A stretch of DNA of 64,000 nucleotides from positions 20,576 through 84,575 of the forward strand of contig JACJWI010000009.1 in the NCBI GenBank assembly GCA_020637215.1, given 5' to 3'. How positions within the stretch are numbered: position 1 is the stretch's first letter; each line of letters begins with the position of its first letter. The position numbers were made by a program, and so were the translations under genes. This DNA comes from Microthrixaceae bacterium (GTDB lineage: Bacteria; Actinomycetota; Acidimicrobiia; Acidimicrobiales; Microtrichaceae). Below, piece by piece: positions 38,536 to 49,464 of this stretch. The notes beneath the pieces are model-generated. The model was not told the DNA's origin, ran no database searches, and was given only the letters and a program-made list of their open reading frames with translations.

Positions 38536-40917
38536 TTACCGAGGAGCCGGAACCAGGATGCATCGGCATCCCGGGTGCGCCGGCGGGACGATGTCGCCGG
38601 TGGGGAAGGCGGACCCGCACGGCGTCGGGCCGGCCAGGGCGTTGTCCTCGGCGTCGCTGCAGGGCAGGCCGCCGTTGTCGACCATCCAGCACCACGACGT
38701 CCCGTCGCCGGCCGCGGCCTGCTCGCCCAGGGCGAAGCCCGCGGTCGCCAGGTCCCCCGCCAGATCGGGCACCGAGCGGGTCCGCCACTCGCGGTACGCG
38801 GCACGGACGTGGTCGGCCATCTCGGCCAGCTCGACGCCGTCGGACTCGGCGTTCTCGAGAGCACGGGCGAGGTGCGCCCGCCGCAGCTCGAGCAGGTCGG
38901 CGACCCGCACCTCGAGACCCCCCTCGACCACGTCCGCGTCGATCCGAGCCACCGCGGAGTCGACGTCGTCGCCGGACTCGGCCGCCCAGAACCGTGCTCC
39001 GGCGTCTGCCGCAGCAGCGAAGTCGTCGTGCAGGGCGGCGGCGAAGACGCCGAGGTCGTCGCCGACCGGCAGCAGGACCTCGAGCTCGACCCGTCCGCGA
39101 CGGATCCGGCGGAGTCGGTCGAGAACCTCGTTCTGCTCGTCGGAGACCAGGCGCTTGAGCGATCGGGTCATCGCCTTCTCCACCCCGCCGAGCAGGTCGT
39201 CGCGTCGGTCGAGCGCCGAGGACTCCGCCGCCGCCTCCTCGAGCGCGACGTCGAGCTCGGCGGCGGCGTCGAGATCGACCACCGCGTCGACCGGCACCAC
39301 CTCGGTCTCGACGGTCGTCGTCTCGACCGAGTCGACCTCGACGACGGTGACCCCGTCGTCCGCGGAATCGGCGACCACGGCGACGACGGTCGACTCGCGC
39401 ACCGTGGTCTCGATGACCGCGTCGACCGCGGTGGTCTCGATCGCCACCACGTCGGCCCCACCGGCGTCACCGGCGTCACCGGCGTCGCCACCATCGCCGT
39501 CGTCGAGGTCGGCGGGCTCGAGCACCACGACAGGGGCGAGCTCGTCGTCGGACCCCTCCGCTCCGCGAGAGCCGTCGTCGTCCCCGCTCTCGTCGCCTTC
39601 GTCGTCCTCCTCGTCGTCGTAGAGGTCGAGGTCGACGTCGACCGACCCGTCCGACGGGTCCACCGACGGGTGGACGGCCTCGGAGTCCGCTCGACGTTCG
39701 GCGCGGATCCGCTCGAAGAGGTCGTGCACCGTGGCGCCCGGACTCGGCTCGACGTCGGCATCGGCATCGGTGGGCGGCCCGTCGCTGTCGACCACCTCTA
39801 GCTCGGGCGACGCCACGGCATCGTCCTGCGGGTCGGCACCGGCGTCCGCGTCGTCGGCGGTTTCGGCATCCTGCGCGTCGAGGCCATCGTCGCCGGCATC
39901 GACGTCGTCGACCGCGTCCGGTCCCGACGGCAGCGCGCCCGGACCGAGCCCCGTCTCGAGCTCGGCGACGACCTCGTCGATGTCGTCGACCACCGCCGCC
40001 GCGGCCGCATCCGCGGCCCGCTGGATCTGGTCGTCGCCGGCCGCGAGGTCCTCGATCACCTGGACGACCCGATCCGCGGCGGCGCCGAGGGACTCGACGA
40101 TCCGGTCACGACCGGCTCGTGCGGCCTCCATCTGGCGGCGGGCCGTCCGACGGCGTTCCGCCAGGTCCTGCAACATCTGCTTGCGGAGCTGGCGGGCCTC
40201 GTCGACCATCGCCCGACCCTCGGCCCGGGACCGCTCGACCTCGGCGTCGGCCGCGACGCGTGCCTCGTCACGTAGGCGAACACCTTCGGCGCGCGCCGCG
40301 TCGAGCTCGATCTGCGCCGCTTCGCGGATGCCCGACGCGACCGCCTCGGCCTCGGCGGTCCTCTCGTCGAGGACGGTCTTGGCCTTGGCCAGCAGTGCGT
40401 CGTGCTCCGCCGATGCCTCGGCACGGACGCGGTCGGCGTGCTCCTGGGCGTCGGTCCGGACCGCGGCCGCCTCGTCGCGGAGGGCGGTGGCCTCGTCGGT
40501 CAGCCTTGCCGCGGTCGCGGTGGCCTCCTCCTCGCTGTCGGCGATCAGGCGGGCGGCGCGCTCCTCGCTGTCGGCGACCAGCTGAGCGGCCTGCGTCTCG
40601 GCCTTGGAGCGGATCTCGGTGGCCGCCTCGCGCGCCGCGGCCACGATGCGAGCGGTCTCCTCGCCCAGGACGGTGGTGATCCGCTGCTCGTCCAGCTCCT
40701 GGGACTGCTCGAGGCGCCGCTCCAGGTCGGCCAGACGGGCCGTCAGGCGATCGTCGCGCTCCTTCCAGGCCCGCAGAGCATCCGCGGCCCGCCCCAGCAG
40801 CGCCCGCACCTCGACGGGTTCGAAGCCCTTGCGGGTCCGCCCGAACTCCGCCGACCCCAGCGTCCCGGGATCCAGTTCCGGCGGATCGGGCACAGGATCG
40901 GCAGGAAGGTCGGTCAT
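38536..40917 (-). CDS. DivIVA-domain coiled-coil protein with acidic linker and MuF-like Cys/His C-terminus
   Basis: FGRTRKGFEPVEVRALL (DivIVA), Ala/Glu/Arg coiled coil, Asp-rich linker, C-terminal WCW...PC...PPAHPGCRC. Confidence 0.8.
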   Translation of the reverse strand: MTDLPADPVPDPPELDPGTLGSAEFGRTRKGFEPVEVRALLGRAADALRAWKERDDRLTARLADLERRLEQSQELDEQRITTVLGEETARIVAAAREAATEIRSKAETQAAQLVADSEERAARLIADSEEEATATAARLTDEATALRDEAAAVRTDAQEHADRVRAEASAEHDALLAKAKTVLDERTAEAEAVASGIREAAQIELDAARAEGVRLRDEARVAADAEVERSRAEGRAMVDEARQLRKQMLQDLAERRRTARRQMEAARAGRDRIVESLGAAADRVVQVIEDLAAGDDQIQRAADAAAAAVVDDIDEVVAELETGLGPGALPSGPDAVDDVDAGDDGLDAQDAETADDADAGADPQDDAVASPELEVVDSDGPPTDADADVEPSPGATVHDLFERIRAERRADSEAVHPSVDPSDGSVDVDLDLYDDEEDDEGDESGDDDGSRGAEGSDDELAPVVVLEPADLDDGDGGDAGDAGDAGGADVVAIETTAVDAVIETTVRESTVVAVVADSADDGVTVVEVDSVETTTVETEVVPVDAVVDLDAAAELDVALEEAAAESSALDRRDDLLGGVEKAMTRSLKRLVSDEQNEVLDRLRRIRRGRVELEVLLPVGDDLGVFAAALHDDFAAAADAGARFWAAESGDDVDSAVARIDADVVEGGLEVRVADLLELRRAHLARALENAESDGVELAEMADHVRAAYREWRTRSVPDLAGDLATAGFALGEQAAAGDGTSWCWMVDNGGLPCSDAEDNALAGPTPCGSAFPTGDIVPPAHPGCRCILVPAPR

Positions 40918-41028
40918 GGCCGAATGCTACGGGCGCACCGCCCGGCGGTCGCGGACGGCCCCGGAGCGATCGGACGGAGGTTCCGGACGCGGCACGCCGC
41001 CGCCGTGAGCCGTCCGAGCGGGGGCGGT

Positions 41029-42309
41029 TCAGTTGGCTCGGCGCACACCGCCGGGATGAAGCGCCACCACGGCGTCGTCGAGCGTCTTTACCGGGACCAG
41101 CCGGACGCCACCTCCGGCGACCTCGCGCATCTGGCGTTCCTCGTCGTCGGGGGTGGCCTCGGGGTACAGGAAGGTCCGGACGCCCGCCCGCTTCACCGCC
41201 GCCACCTTCTGGACGATGCCGCCGATCGGGCCGACCGTTCCGTCGGGGAGGATCTCGCCGGTGACGGCGACCTCCTTGCCGTCGGTCAACGACTCGGGGG
41301 TCATCCGGTCGACGACGGCCAGCGCCCAGGCCAACCCCGCCGACGGACCGGTCACGTCTCCGGAGTCGATGTCCACCCGCACCGGGGAGTCGACCGAGGG
41401 AGCGTCGGGTTCGACCGAGATGCCGAGCACCGGCCGGACTCCGGGGGTCGCCTCGGCCGGCGAGGCGGCGGCGCCGTCGGAACCGACGGTGCTCGATGTG
41501 GTGGATCCGGGCGGTCTGGTCGTGGTGGTCGACGCGGCGTCGTCCTCGGTGCGCGCCGAGCCCAGGGTGATCGACTCCGCCACCGTCGTGATGTCCTTGC
41601 CCGAACCCCGGCGGGCGGTGACCTCGACGGTGTCGCCGGGCACCTTCCCGCGGAGGCCGGCCTGGATGTCGGAGGGGAGCCGCACGTCGTGTCCGTCGAC
41701 CGACGTGATGACGTCGCCGACCCGGAGCTTGCCGACCGAACCGCCGCCCTCGGCCACACCGAGCACCCGGGCACCGCGACCGGTGAACTCCGCCGGGTAC
41801 CCCAGGTACTGGAGGGCGACCTTGGTGGCGATCAGCTTGGACAGGTCCATCCGCTGCTGGTTGGCCCGACGCGAGGCGTCGCGCCCTTCGGGGCCGTAGA
41901 CGTCCTCCTCGGATCGGATCTCGACCGCGTCGTCGATGACGCCCCGCAGCAGCGTGGCGAGCGACGCCTGGTCCACGTACACAGTCGTGAACATGACGTC
42001 GCCGTCGGTCGTGTAGGAGGGTGCGCCCGACACGTCGATCCGCGTCTCGGCCGGACGAACCGAACCGGGCTGGAACAGGTAGTACGGCGTCGGGATGAAC
42101 AGGACCCCGGCGAGCACCGCCAGCACCGCAAGACCGACTCCGCCCCACAGCCAGCGGCGGCGACGGGACCGGGTCGAGCGCACCGTCTCGACGTGCGGTT
42201 CGGACGGGTCGCCGACGGGTTCGGCACCGACGGGTTCGGCGCTCACGTCCGGGTCTGCTCCGGGGCGCTCCGACGGAGGGTCGGCAGTCGGTACGCTGGG
42301 CGGGGTCAT
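41029..42309 (-). CDS. PDZ/Lon-like S16 protease (YlbL family)
   Basis: PYYLFQPGSV, PDZ-like GDVITSVDG, GPSAGL (catalytic Ser), GPIGGIVQK (catalytic Lys). Confidence 0.92.
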   Translation of the reverse strand: MTPPSVPTADPPSERPGADPDVSAEPVGAEPVGDPSEPHVETVRSTRSRRRRWLWGGVGLAVLAVLAGVLFIPTPYYLFQPGSVRPAETRIDVSGAPSYTTDGDVMFTTVYVDQASLATLLRGVIDDAVEIRSEEDVYGPEGRDASRRANQQRMDLSKLIATKVALQYLGYPAEFTGRGARVLGVAEGGGSVGKLRVGDVITSVDGHDVRLPSDIQAGLRGKVPGDTVEVTARRGSGKDITTVAESITLGSARTEDDAASTTTTRPPGSTTSSTVGSDGAAASPAEATPGVRPVLGISVEPDAPSVDSPVRVDIDSGDVTGPSAGLAWALAVVDRMTPESLTDGKEVAVTGEILPDGTVGPIGGIVQKVAAVKRAGVRTFLYPEATPDDEERQMREVAGGGVRLVPVKTLDDAVVALHPGGVRRAN

Positions 42310-42384
42310 GGGTCGGTCACCGTCATCTCGTGCTGATCGCATCGACGCGACCGGACCCGCATCCGCGACCTGTGCAGGCTCGCC

Positions 42385-42738
42385 GTGCCGACGCTGATCG
42401 TCGGTCTGGCCGTGGTGGCGCTGTCCACCATCGGGTTCGCTGTCGCCATGTTCGGCCGGCGACCGCTCCCCCAGCCTGCCACGGCCGCTCCGGCGACCGC
42501 TCCGGTGCCTGTGGCCACCGTCAGCGAGGCCCCCGCCGGCCGACCGGTCCGCCGGGGGACGCTCCGCCGATCCGACGACGTCTCCGCCCACGACGTTCCC
42601 CGCCTGCAGGTGGAGGTTCCCGGTCCGGTGCGCATCCGCTCGGCGTTCATCCTGGCTCTGGGCGTGCTGGCCGTGGCGGCCGTCGCCGGCGTGCTGTTGA
42701 GCGTCGTGGTCGTGGGCTTCTTCACCGTCATCGGCTGA
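42385..42738 (+). CDS. Small membrane protein
   Basis: Hydrophobic N- and C-terminal helices; no family recognised. Confidence 0.5.
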   Translation: MPTLIVGLAVVALSTIGFAVAMFGRRPLPQPATAAPATAPVPVATVSEAPAGRPVRRGTLRRSDDVSAHDVPRLQVEVPGPVRIRSAFILALGVLAVAAVAGVLLSVVVVGFFTVIG

Positions 42739-42847
42739 GCCCACCGACCGTCACCCGCGGCCGACGCCCCGCGGACACCCGGACGCGACCGCACGCCGGT
42801 CACCCCACGAGGAGGTGAACCGGCGTGCGGTCCGGGAAACGATCGTC

Positions 42848-43357
42848 TCAGCGGCCGAAGAGGCCGCGCCGCGCCGGCGGAGCGTCGGAGCCGGGCTGGT
42901 CCGCGGGTGGCGTCGGAGCCGGGGCGGCGGGAGCGGCGTCGGGGGTCGACGGCGCCGAGCCGGGCTGAGCCCCGGGCTGCGGGCCGGGAGCCCCGGGCTG
43001 ACCGGGCTGACCGGGCTGGCCGAACGAGCCGAACGAGGTGGTGTCACCCGCACCGGGCGCCGCAGCGGGCTGCGGACGAGCGGCCGGAGCCGCAGCCGCC
43101 GCCGGAGCGGGTGCAGGCTGGGGCTGGGGCTGGGCAGACGCCGGGGCCGACGGAGCGGGGTTGAGCTCCTTCAGCTCGACCTTGAAGATCGGCTTGAGCT
43201 CGTACTTGATCTCCTTGAGCTCGAACATCCGGGCGTTCTCGATGCCCTGGTCGTTGCGCAGGGACTCCACGAACCCGACGGCCTCGCTCACCGACTCGAA
43301 CTGGCTGTACGCGGGGCTGCCGTCCGCGGTCTGGAAGATCACCATGTGTTGCGACAT
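42848..43357 (-). CDS. Hypothetical protein with globular N-terminus and Pro/Ala/Gln-rich tail
   Basis: HMVIFQTADGSPAYSQFESVSEAVGFVESLRN...LKPIFKVEL; strong codon bias; tail ends RRGLFGR. Confidence 0.75.
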   Translation of the reverse strand: MSQHMVIFQTADGSPAYSQFESVSEAVGFVESLRNDQGIENARMFELKEIKYELKPIFKVELKELNPAPSAPASAQPQPQPAPAPAAAAAPAARPQPAAAPGAGDTTSFGSFGQPGQPGQPGAPGPQPGAQPGSAPSTPDAAPAAPAPTPPADQPGSDAPPARRGLFGR

Positions 43358-43531
43358 CGTCTGGGTACCTCTCTCGTCCCTCGTCGTCCGGGGGCTTCAA
43401 TCCTAGGGGTGGACACGGCCGAGCGGACTCATCCGACCGGGTGGTTGACTGAACGGTAGCCGTCCGGACACCCCGGCGACGCCCGTCACACCCCGCGGTC
43501 CGTCCGAACCGACCGCGACCGACACCGCCCC

Positions 43532-44296
43532 GTGGCCGATCCGATCCCCGACCCACCCTCCGACCACCCGACCGGTCCTGCGACGAGCGTCGCGAACACC
43601 GACCGCGAGGCCGTGGTCCTCGCCGGTCACCGCGGCGACCTCGTCACCGTCGTCGACGCCCTGGCCGCGTCCGAACCATCGGTTCGGGCCGCGGCGCTCG
43701 GTGCCCTCGGGCGCATCGCCGCCCGGGCGCCGATCGATCCCGACGTCGTGCCCGACGCCCTGGCCCGTGCACTCGCGGATCCCGACCCCACCGTCCGGCG
43801 ACGTGCCGCTGCCGAGGTCGCCCGATGGGCAGCGACGTGTTCCGAACCGACCGGTGCCGAACCGGCCGGGTCCGAGCCGACCGGTGCGGCGCCGACACCG
43901 GTGGTCGACGGCCTGCTCGGCCGGTTGACCGACGACGAGGTCGACACCGTCACCGAGGTCGCCGCGTTCGCCTGCGGTGAGCTGGCCCTCGACGACCGCA
44001 CCCGGCCGCACGTCGTGGCGGCGCTCGACCGTCTGGCCCGCACCCACGCCGACTCCCTGTGCCGGGAGGCGGCGGTGGCCGCTCTCGGCAGCATCGGCGA
44101 CCCGGCCGGGCTGACCGCGGTGCTCCACGGCTGCTCGGACCGGGCGACCGTACGGCGGCGAGCGGTGCTGGCCCTGGCCGCCTTCGACGACCCGGCGGCC
44201 ACCGAGGCGCTCCGACGGCTCGTCGCAGACCGCGACCTGCAGGTCCGCCAGTCCGCCGAGGAGCTCCTGGCCATCGAGTCGGGCGAGACGACGTGA
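43532..44296 (+). CDS. HEAT-repeat protein
   Basis: Repeated D/E-P-x-VR-xx-A-xx-ALG motifs. Confidence 0.85.
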   Translation: MADPIPDPPSDHPTGPATSVANTDREAVVLAGHRGDLVTVVDALAASEPSVRAAALGALGRIAARAPIDPDVVPDALARALADPDPTVRRRAAAEVARWAATCSEPTGAEPAGSEPTGAAPTPVVDGLLGRLTDDEVDTVTEVAAFACGELALDDRTRPHVVAALDRLARTHADSLCREAAVAALGSIGDPAGLTAVLHGCSDRATVRRRAVLALAAFDDPAATEALRRLVADRDLQVRQSAEELLAIESGETT

Positions 44297-44308
44297 CACC
44301 GGACGCGT

Positions 44309-44344
44309 GACGGCCGCCCCGACCAGAGGGTCGGGGCGGCCGTC
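44309..44344. terminator. Bidirectional hairpin terminator
   Basis: Perfect 16-bp stem gacggccgccccgacc/ggtcggggcggccgtc between convergent genes. Confidence 0.75.
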
Positions 44345-44359
44345 GTCGGAACGCAGGGA

Positions 44360-45715
44360 TCAGCCGGCGAAGCTGTTGGACTTGCCCTCCCAGTTGGTGA
44401 TCGGCGAGAGCTCCTTCCAGCCGTCGCCCTCACGCTGGACGATGCGGAAGCCCTCGATCGCCCACGGGTCCTCGGTCCCGTCGGTGATCACCGTGACGCC
44501 GTCGCGCACCAGGCCGAAGCTGTCGGTGTCGAGCGACCACAGGGCGTTCATCACGCCGGCCCGATCGAGCGTCTCGGCGTTCTCGATCCCGAGGCCGAAC
44601 AACGAGCCGAAGCCCCATCCGGGACCGGTGATGCCGCCGTCGATCTGCTGCTCGGTGAGCCCGGCGGCCGTCGCGTCCTTGCGGAACTGCTGGACGGCGG
44701 GCACCTGGGCATCGGCCGGGTCCGACGGGTCATAGGTCGCCTGGGCAGCGATCACGCCCTGGTCCTTGCCGCCGGCGAGCGACAGGGCCGTCTTGCCCGC
44801 GCAGGTCACCGACACGATCGTCGCGGGGTTCCAGGTGTCGGGCTTCAGCTTGAGCGACGTCGGACACGGCGTGCCGCCGAGGCCGACGATGAAGGTGTCG
44901 GCGTCGGACTGCGACAGCTTGGTCACCGCCGCCTCGGGAGTCGTCCCGCCCAGCGGGTTGAAGCCCTGCTCGGCGACGATCGTGATGTCGGTGCCCTTGA
45001 TCGCCTTCTTGATCGCCTTCTCGTAGGCCTGACCGAAGTCGTCGTCCTGGTAGAGCAGGGCGATCTTGGCCTTCGGGTTGGATTCCTTCAGGTACTCGAT
45101 CCAGGCGTGGGCCTCGGTCGCGTAGGACGGCAGACCGGCGATGTACCAGGGGTACTGCTTGTTGTTGCCCCACTGGGTGGAACCGGTCGCCAACGCGATG
45201 TTGGGCACGCACTTCTCGTTCAGGTAGTCGCGGACCGACAGGTTCGGCTCGGTGCCGATGTCGCCGACCAGCGCGAACACCTTGTCCTGCTCGACGAGCT
45301 TCTTGACCAGCGCCGGGGTCTTGGCCGGGTCGTAGGCGTCGTCCTCCTTGATCAGCTCGAGCTTGTAGGACTTGCCGTCCTTGGCCTTCAGCCCGCCGCT
45401 CTGGTTCACGTAGGTGACCCAGGCGTTGAGTCCGGTGGTCACCTGGTCGTAGATCGCGTAGGTGCCGCTGGCCGGACGGACGGTGCCGATCTTGATCGTG
45501 TCGCCGTTGATGCCCTCGGTGCCCTGGTAGTCGGTGCAGTCGACCGACGGGTCGATGAAGGCGGCGGAGCTGCTGCCGCCCTCCTTGGCCGTGGTCGTGG
45601 ACCCGGAGCCGGAGTCGTCATCTCGACCCCCGCAGGCGGTGGCGGCCAACGTGACGACGGCCAGCAACGCCGCCGTCGTCGCCAGACCCACCCGTCGAGT
45701 TCGATGTCTCATCAT
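44360..45715 (-). CDS. Branched-chain amino acid-type ABC transporter substrate-binding lipoprotein
   Basis: Lipobox ATAC, EDDAYDPAKT, KIALLYQDDDFGQ; AGGAGG RBS. Confidence 0.9.
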   Translation of the reverse strand: MMRHRTRRVGLATTAALLAVVTLAATACGGRDDDSGSGSTTTAKEGGSSSAAFIDPSVDCTDYQGTEGINGDTIKIGTVRPASGTYAIYDQVTTGLNAWVTYVNQSGGLKAKDGKSYKLELIKEDDAYDPAKTPALVKKLVEQDKVFALVGDIGTEPNLSVRDYLNEKCVPNIALATGSTQWGNNKQYPWYIAGLPSYATEAHAWIEYLKESNPKAKIALLYQDDDFGQAYEKAIKKAIKGTDITIVAEQGFNPLGGTTPEAAVTKLSQSDADTFIVGLGGTPCPTSLKLKPDTWNPATIVSVTCAGKTALSLAGGKDQGVIAAQATYDPSDPADAQVPAVQQFRKDATAAGLTEQQIDGGITGPGWGFGSLFGLGIENAETLDRAGVMNALWSLDTDSFGLVRDGVTVITDGTEDPWAIEGFRIVQREGDGWKELSPITNWEGKSNSFAG

Positions 45716-45734
45716 CTGTCCTCCTGGTTGGTGA

Positions 45735-46838
45735 TCAGACCGTATCGCCGGACGCGGCGGCCGCGGTGGCCGCCCGGGCCCGCTTGGCCGCACGCTTGGC
45801 GGCCGACGTCCGCCACATCCCCACGATCCCGCCCGGGGCGAACAGCATCAGCAGGATGAGCAGCACGCCGAGGATCACCGGCGTCGCCGGCTTGAACCGC
45901 TCGGGCAGCTCCGGCGACAGGACGTCGATGAACAGGCCGTAGGCGACCGCACCGATGGCCGGGCCGATCACGCTGGCGGCCCCGCCGACCACCACCGCGA
46001 TCAGGAAGTAGATCGACACCACGATCGTGAAGCTCGACGGGTTGATCCGGCCGTTGTTGAGGGCGAACACCGCTCCGCCGATGCCGGCCATGGCCGAGCT
46101 GACCCCGAAGGTGAGGATCTTGACCCGGGCGACGTGGACGCCCGAGACCTCGGCGGCGGTCTCGTTGTCACGCACCGCCACCAGCGAGCGCCCGGTGCGG
46201 GACCGGACGATGTTGCGCATGACCACGAACACCACCACGGTCAGCACCAGGAACACGAAGTACTTCCACTGGTCAGGCGCCAGGGAGCCGCCCGGTGACT
46301 CGAGGCGGATCGGTCGCTCGATCACACCGCGGGGCGTCTCCTGCGGCGTCGTGATCGACAGGCCGGACCCACCTCCGGTGATCGACGAGAACTGCTCGAT
46401 GATCAGCGGGAACAACGTCGCCACCGCCAGGGTGACCAGCGCCAGGTACAGGCCCTTGATCCGCAGCGCGGGGAGACCGATGGCGACGCCCACCACGAAG
46501 CAGATCACCCCGGCTGCGGCCACCGACGGCCACACCGGCCAGCCGAGGTCGGTGATCAGGAGCGCGGTCGCGTAGGCGCCGGTCCCGTACAACGCACCGT
46601 GACCGACGGAGATCTGCCCGTTGTAGCCGGTGAGGAGGTTGAGCCCGCACGCCGCGATGGCCAGCGCCATCCAGCCGACGAACTGCTCGACCCGGAACGC
46701 CGGGAACATGAACGGCAGGGCCACCAGCACCGCGGCGACCACCACCGACACCACCACGCGCCCCACCGGGACGCGGCGCGCCGGTGACGGAGCGACCTTC
46801 GCCGTCGGGCCGTCGCCGAGAGCCGTTGCGTCGCTCAT
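45735..46838 (-). CDS. livM: Branched-chain amino acid ABC permease (LivM-like)
   Basis: GLNLLTGYNGQISVGHGA, LRIKGLYLALVTL, VRDNETAAEVSG. Confidence 0.9.
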   Translation of the reverse strand: MSDATALGDGPTAKVAPSPARRVPVGRVVVSVVVAAVLVALPFMFPAFRVEQFVGWMALAIAACGLNLLTGYNGQISVGHGALYGTGAYATALLITDLGWPVWPSVAAAGVICFVVGVAIGLPALRIKGLYLALVTLAVATLFPLIIEQFSSITGGGSGLSITTPQETPRGVIERPIRLESPGGSLAPDQWKYFVFLVLTVVVFVVMRNIVRSRTGRSLVAVRDNETAAEVSGVHVARVKILTFGVSSAMAGIGGAVFALNNGRINPSSFTIVVSIYFLIAVVVGGAASVIGPAIGAVAYGLFIDVLSPELPERFKPATPVILGVLLILLMLFAPGGIVGMWRTSAAKRAAKRARAATAAAASGDTV

Positions 46839-47719
46839 ACCCGCTGCACCTGCTTTCGACCGAACAGCCCTTCGGGTCTGAACAGCAGGACCGCCAGGAT
46901 CAGGATGAACGCCGGCGCCAACGGCATCTTCTCGAACCCGGGCACGTACTGGGGCACCACCGACGATGCGATCCCGACGACGAAGCCGCCGACGACCGCG
47001 CCGAGCAGGCTGTCGAATCCGCCGAGGGTGATGGCGGCGAAGCCGAAGATCAACGTCAGCTGCATCATGTTGGAACCGAGGCCGCGGCCCGGTGCGGTGA
47101 ACACCCCCGCCACGGTGCCGACCGCAGCGGCGAGGCCCCACCCGAGCATGAGGAGCTTGGGGACGGGCACGCCGACCAGCGACGCGGATTCGGAGTTCGA
47201 CGCGACCGCCCGCATGGCCAGGCCCAGCCCGGTGCGCTGGAACAGCAGGTAGAAGCCGAGGGCGAGGACCGCCAGCACGATGACGGCGCCGATCTTCTGC
47301 CAGGCGATGGCGACTCCCGCGACCTCGATGCCGCCGCTGCCGAACAACGGTGGCAGGTCCCGGTCGAGCGTGCCCCACACGAGCTGGGCGGCGGAGTTGA
47401 GACCCACGAACAGGCCGATGGTGACCATCACGACCGCCAACGGCTTCTCGTGGGGATCGCCGACGGGACGGACCGCGATCTGGTGCGCGAGCGCGCCGAC
47501 GCCGAAGCCGCCGACCATCCCGGCGATCACCGCGAGCGGCAGGGGCACACCCAGGTCCCAGACGGTCCACACGATGAACGTCGAGAACATCGCCATCTCG
47601 CCCTGGGCGAAGTTGAGCAGGCCGGTCGACCGGTAGATCACCACCAGCCCGAGGCCGAGCATGGCGTAGATGGCGCCGTCGCCGATCCCGACGAACAGGA
47701 CCTGGAGGAAGTCGGTCAT
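46835..47719 (-). CDS. livH: Branched-chain amino acid ABC permease (LivH-like)
   Basis: GAIYAMLGLGLVVIY...LNFAQGE, GLAMRAVA. Confidence 0.9.
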   Translation of the reverse strand: MTDFLQVLFVGIGDGAIYAMLGLGLVVIYRSTGLLNFAQGEMAMFSTFIVWTVWDLGVPLPLAVIAGMVGGFGVGALAHQIAVRPVGDPHEKPLAVVMVTIGLFVGLNSAAQLVWGTLDRDLPPLFGSGGIEVAGVAIAWQKIGAVIVLAVLALGFYLLFQRTGLGLAMRAVASNSESASLVGVPVPKLLMLGWGLAAAVGTVAGVFTAPGRGLGSNMMQLTLIFGFAAITLGGFDSLLGAVVGGFVVGIASSVVPQYVPGFEKMPLAPAFILILAVLLFRPEGLFGRKQVQRV

Positions 47720-47723
47720 GTCA

Positions 47724-48431
<708 letters not shown>

Positions 48432-48498
48432 GACGCCACCCCCGGATTTCTGAGGTCGGGATCGTGACAAGGGTTGTCGGTGCGGACCCCTATATCGG

Positions 48499-49263
48499 TC
48501 ATGCGGGGGCTCCGAGGTAGGCGGCGATGACCTTGGGGTCCTCGCGGACCTGGGCGGGCAGGCCCTCGGCGATCTTGCGGCCCAGGTCCATGACCACGAC
48601 CTTGTCCGAGATGGCCATGACCATCGACATGTGGTGCTCGACCAGCAGCACCGTCAACGCGAACTCGTCACGGATCTGGCGGATCAGCGCGCCGAGCTCG
48701 TCGACCTCCCCGTGGGTGAGTCCGCTGGCCGGCTCGTCCAGCATCAGCAGCTTCGGCTGGCCGACCAGGGCCCGCGCGAACTCGATGCGCTTGAGCGTGC
48801 CGTAGGGCAGACCCGCGCACGGACGCCGGGCCAGGGGCGCCAGCGACAGCCGCTCGAGCACGTCCATGGCCCGGGCCTCGAGCTCGCGCTCCTGGGCCGG
48901 CATGGGCGGCAGCCGCAACGCCGCGGCCCAGAAGCCGCCTCGGCTGCGGGCGTGACCGCCCACCTTGACGTTGTCGAGGACCGACAGGCCCGGCACCAGC
49001 GCCAGGTTCTGGAACGTGCGACCGACGCCGAGTTCGGCGATGCGGTGCGCCGGCAGTCCGAGCAGGTCGTGACCGTCGAAGCGGACCGAGCCCGACGTCG
49101 GCTCGTAGATGCGGCTGACGACGTTGAACAACGTGGTCTTGCCCGCACCGTTGGGACCGATCAGCGCGCAGATCTGACCGGCGTCGATGGTGAACGACAA
49201 CGAGTCGAGCGCGACCACTCCGCCGAACCGGACCCCCACGTCGACCACTTCGAGCACTGCCAC
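48499..49263 (-). CDS. livG: ABC ATP-binding protein (LivG-like)
   Basis: GPNGAGKTT, RTFQN, LPYGTLKRIEFARAL, AYLG at the C-terminus. Confidence 0.92.
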   Translation of the reverse strand: MAVLEVVDVGVRFGGVVALDSLSFTIDAGQICALIGPNGAGKTTLFNVVSRIYEPTSGSVRFDGHDLLGLPAHRIAELGVGRTFQNLALVPGLSVLDNVKVGGHARSRGGFWAAALRLPPMPAQERELEARAMDVLERLSLAPLARRPCAGLPYGTLKRIEFARALVGQPKLLMLDEPASGLTHGEVDELGALIRQIRDEFALTVLLVEHHMSMVMAISDKVVVMDLGRKIAEGLPAQVREDPKVIAAYLGAPA

Positions 49264-49464
49264 GGCGTACGTCCTCGTGTCCGGTTCCGTCCCCGCAGGG
49301 CCCGGACCGTCCACCTGGCCCGAGTGGCGCGGAACCCTAGCGTCCGCCGAGCCGCACGGGTTCGATATCTCGGCCGACACCGGACGACCAGTCGGGCAGC
49401 GCCTCCACCGCAGCGCCACCACCGCTGGGCCGCCACCGGCCACCCCGTGACCCCGGCCCACCGC

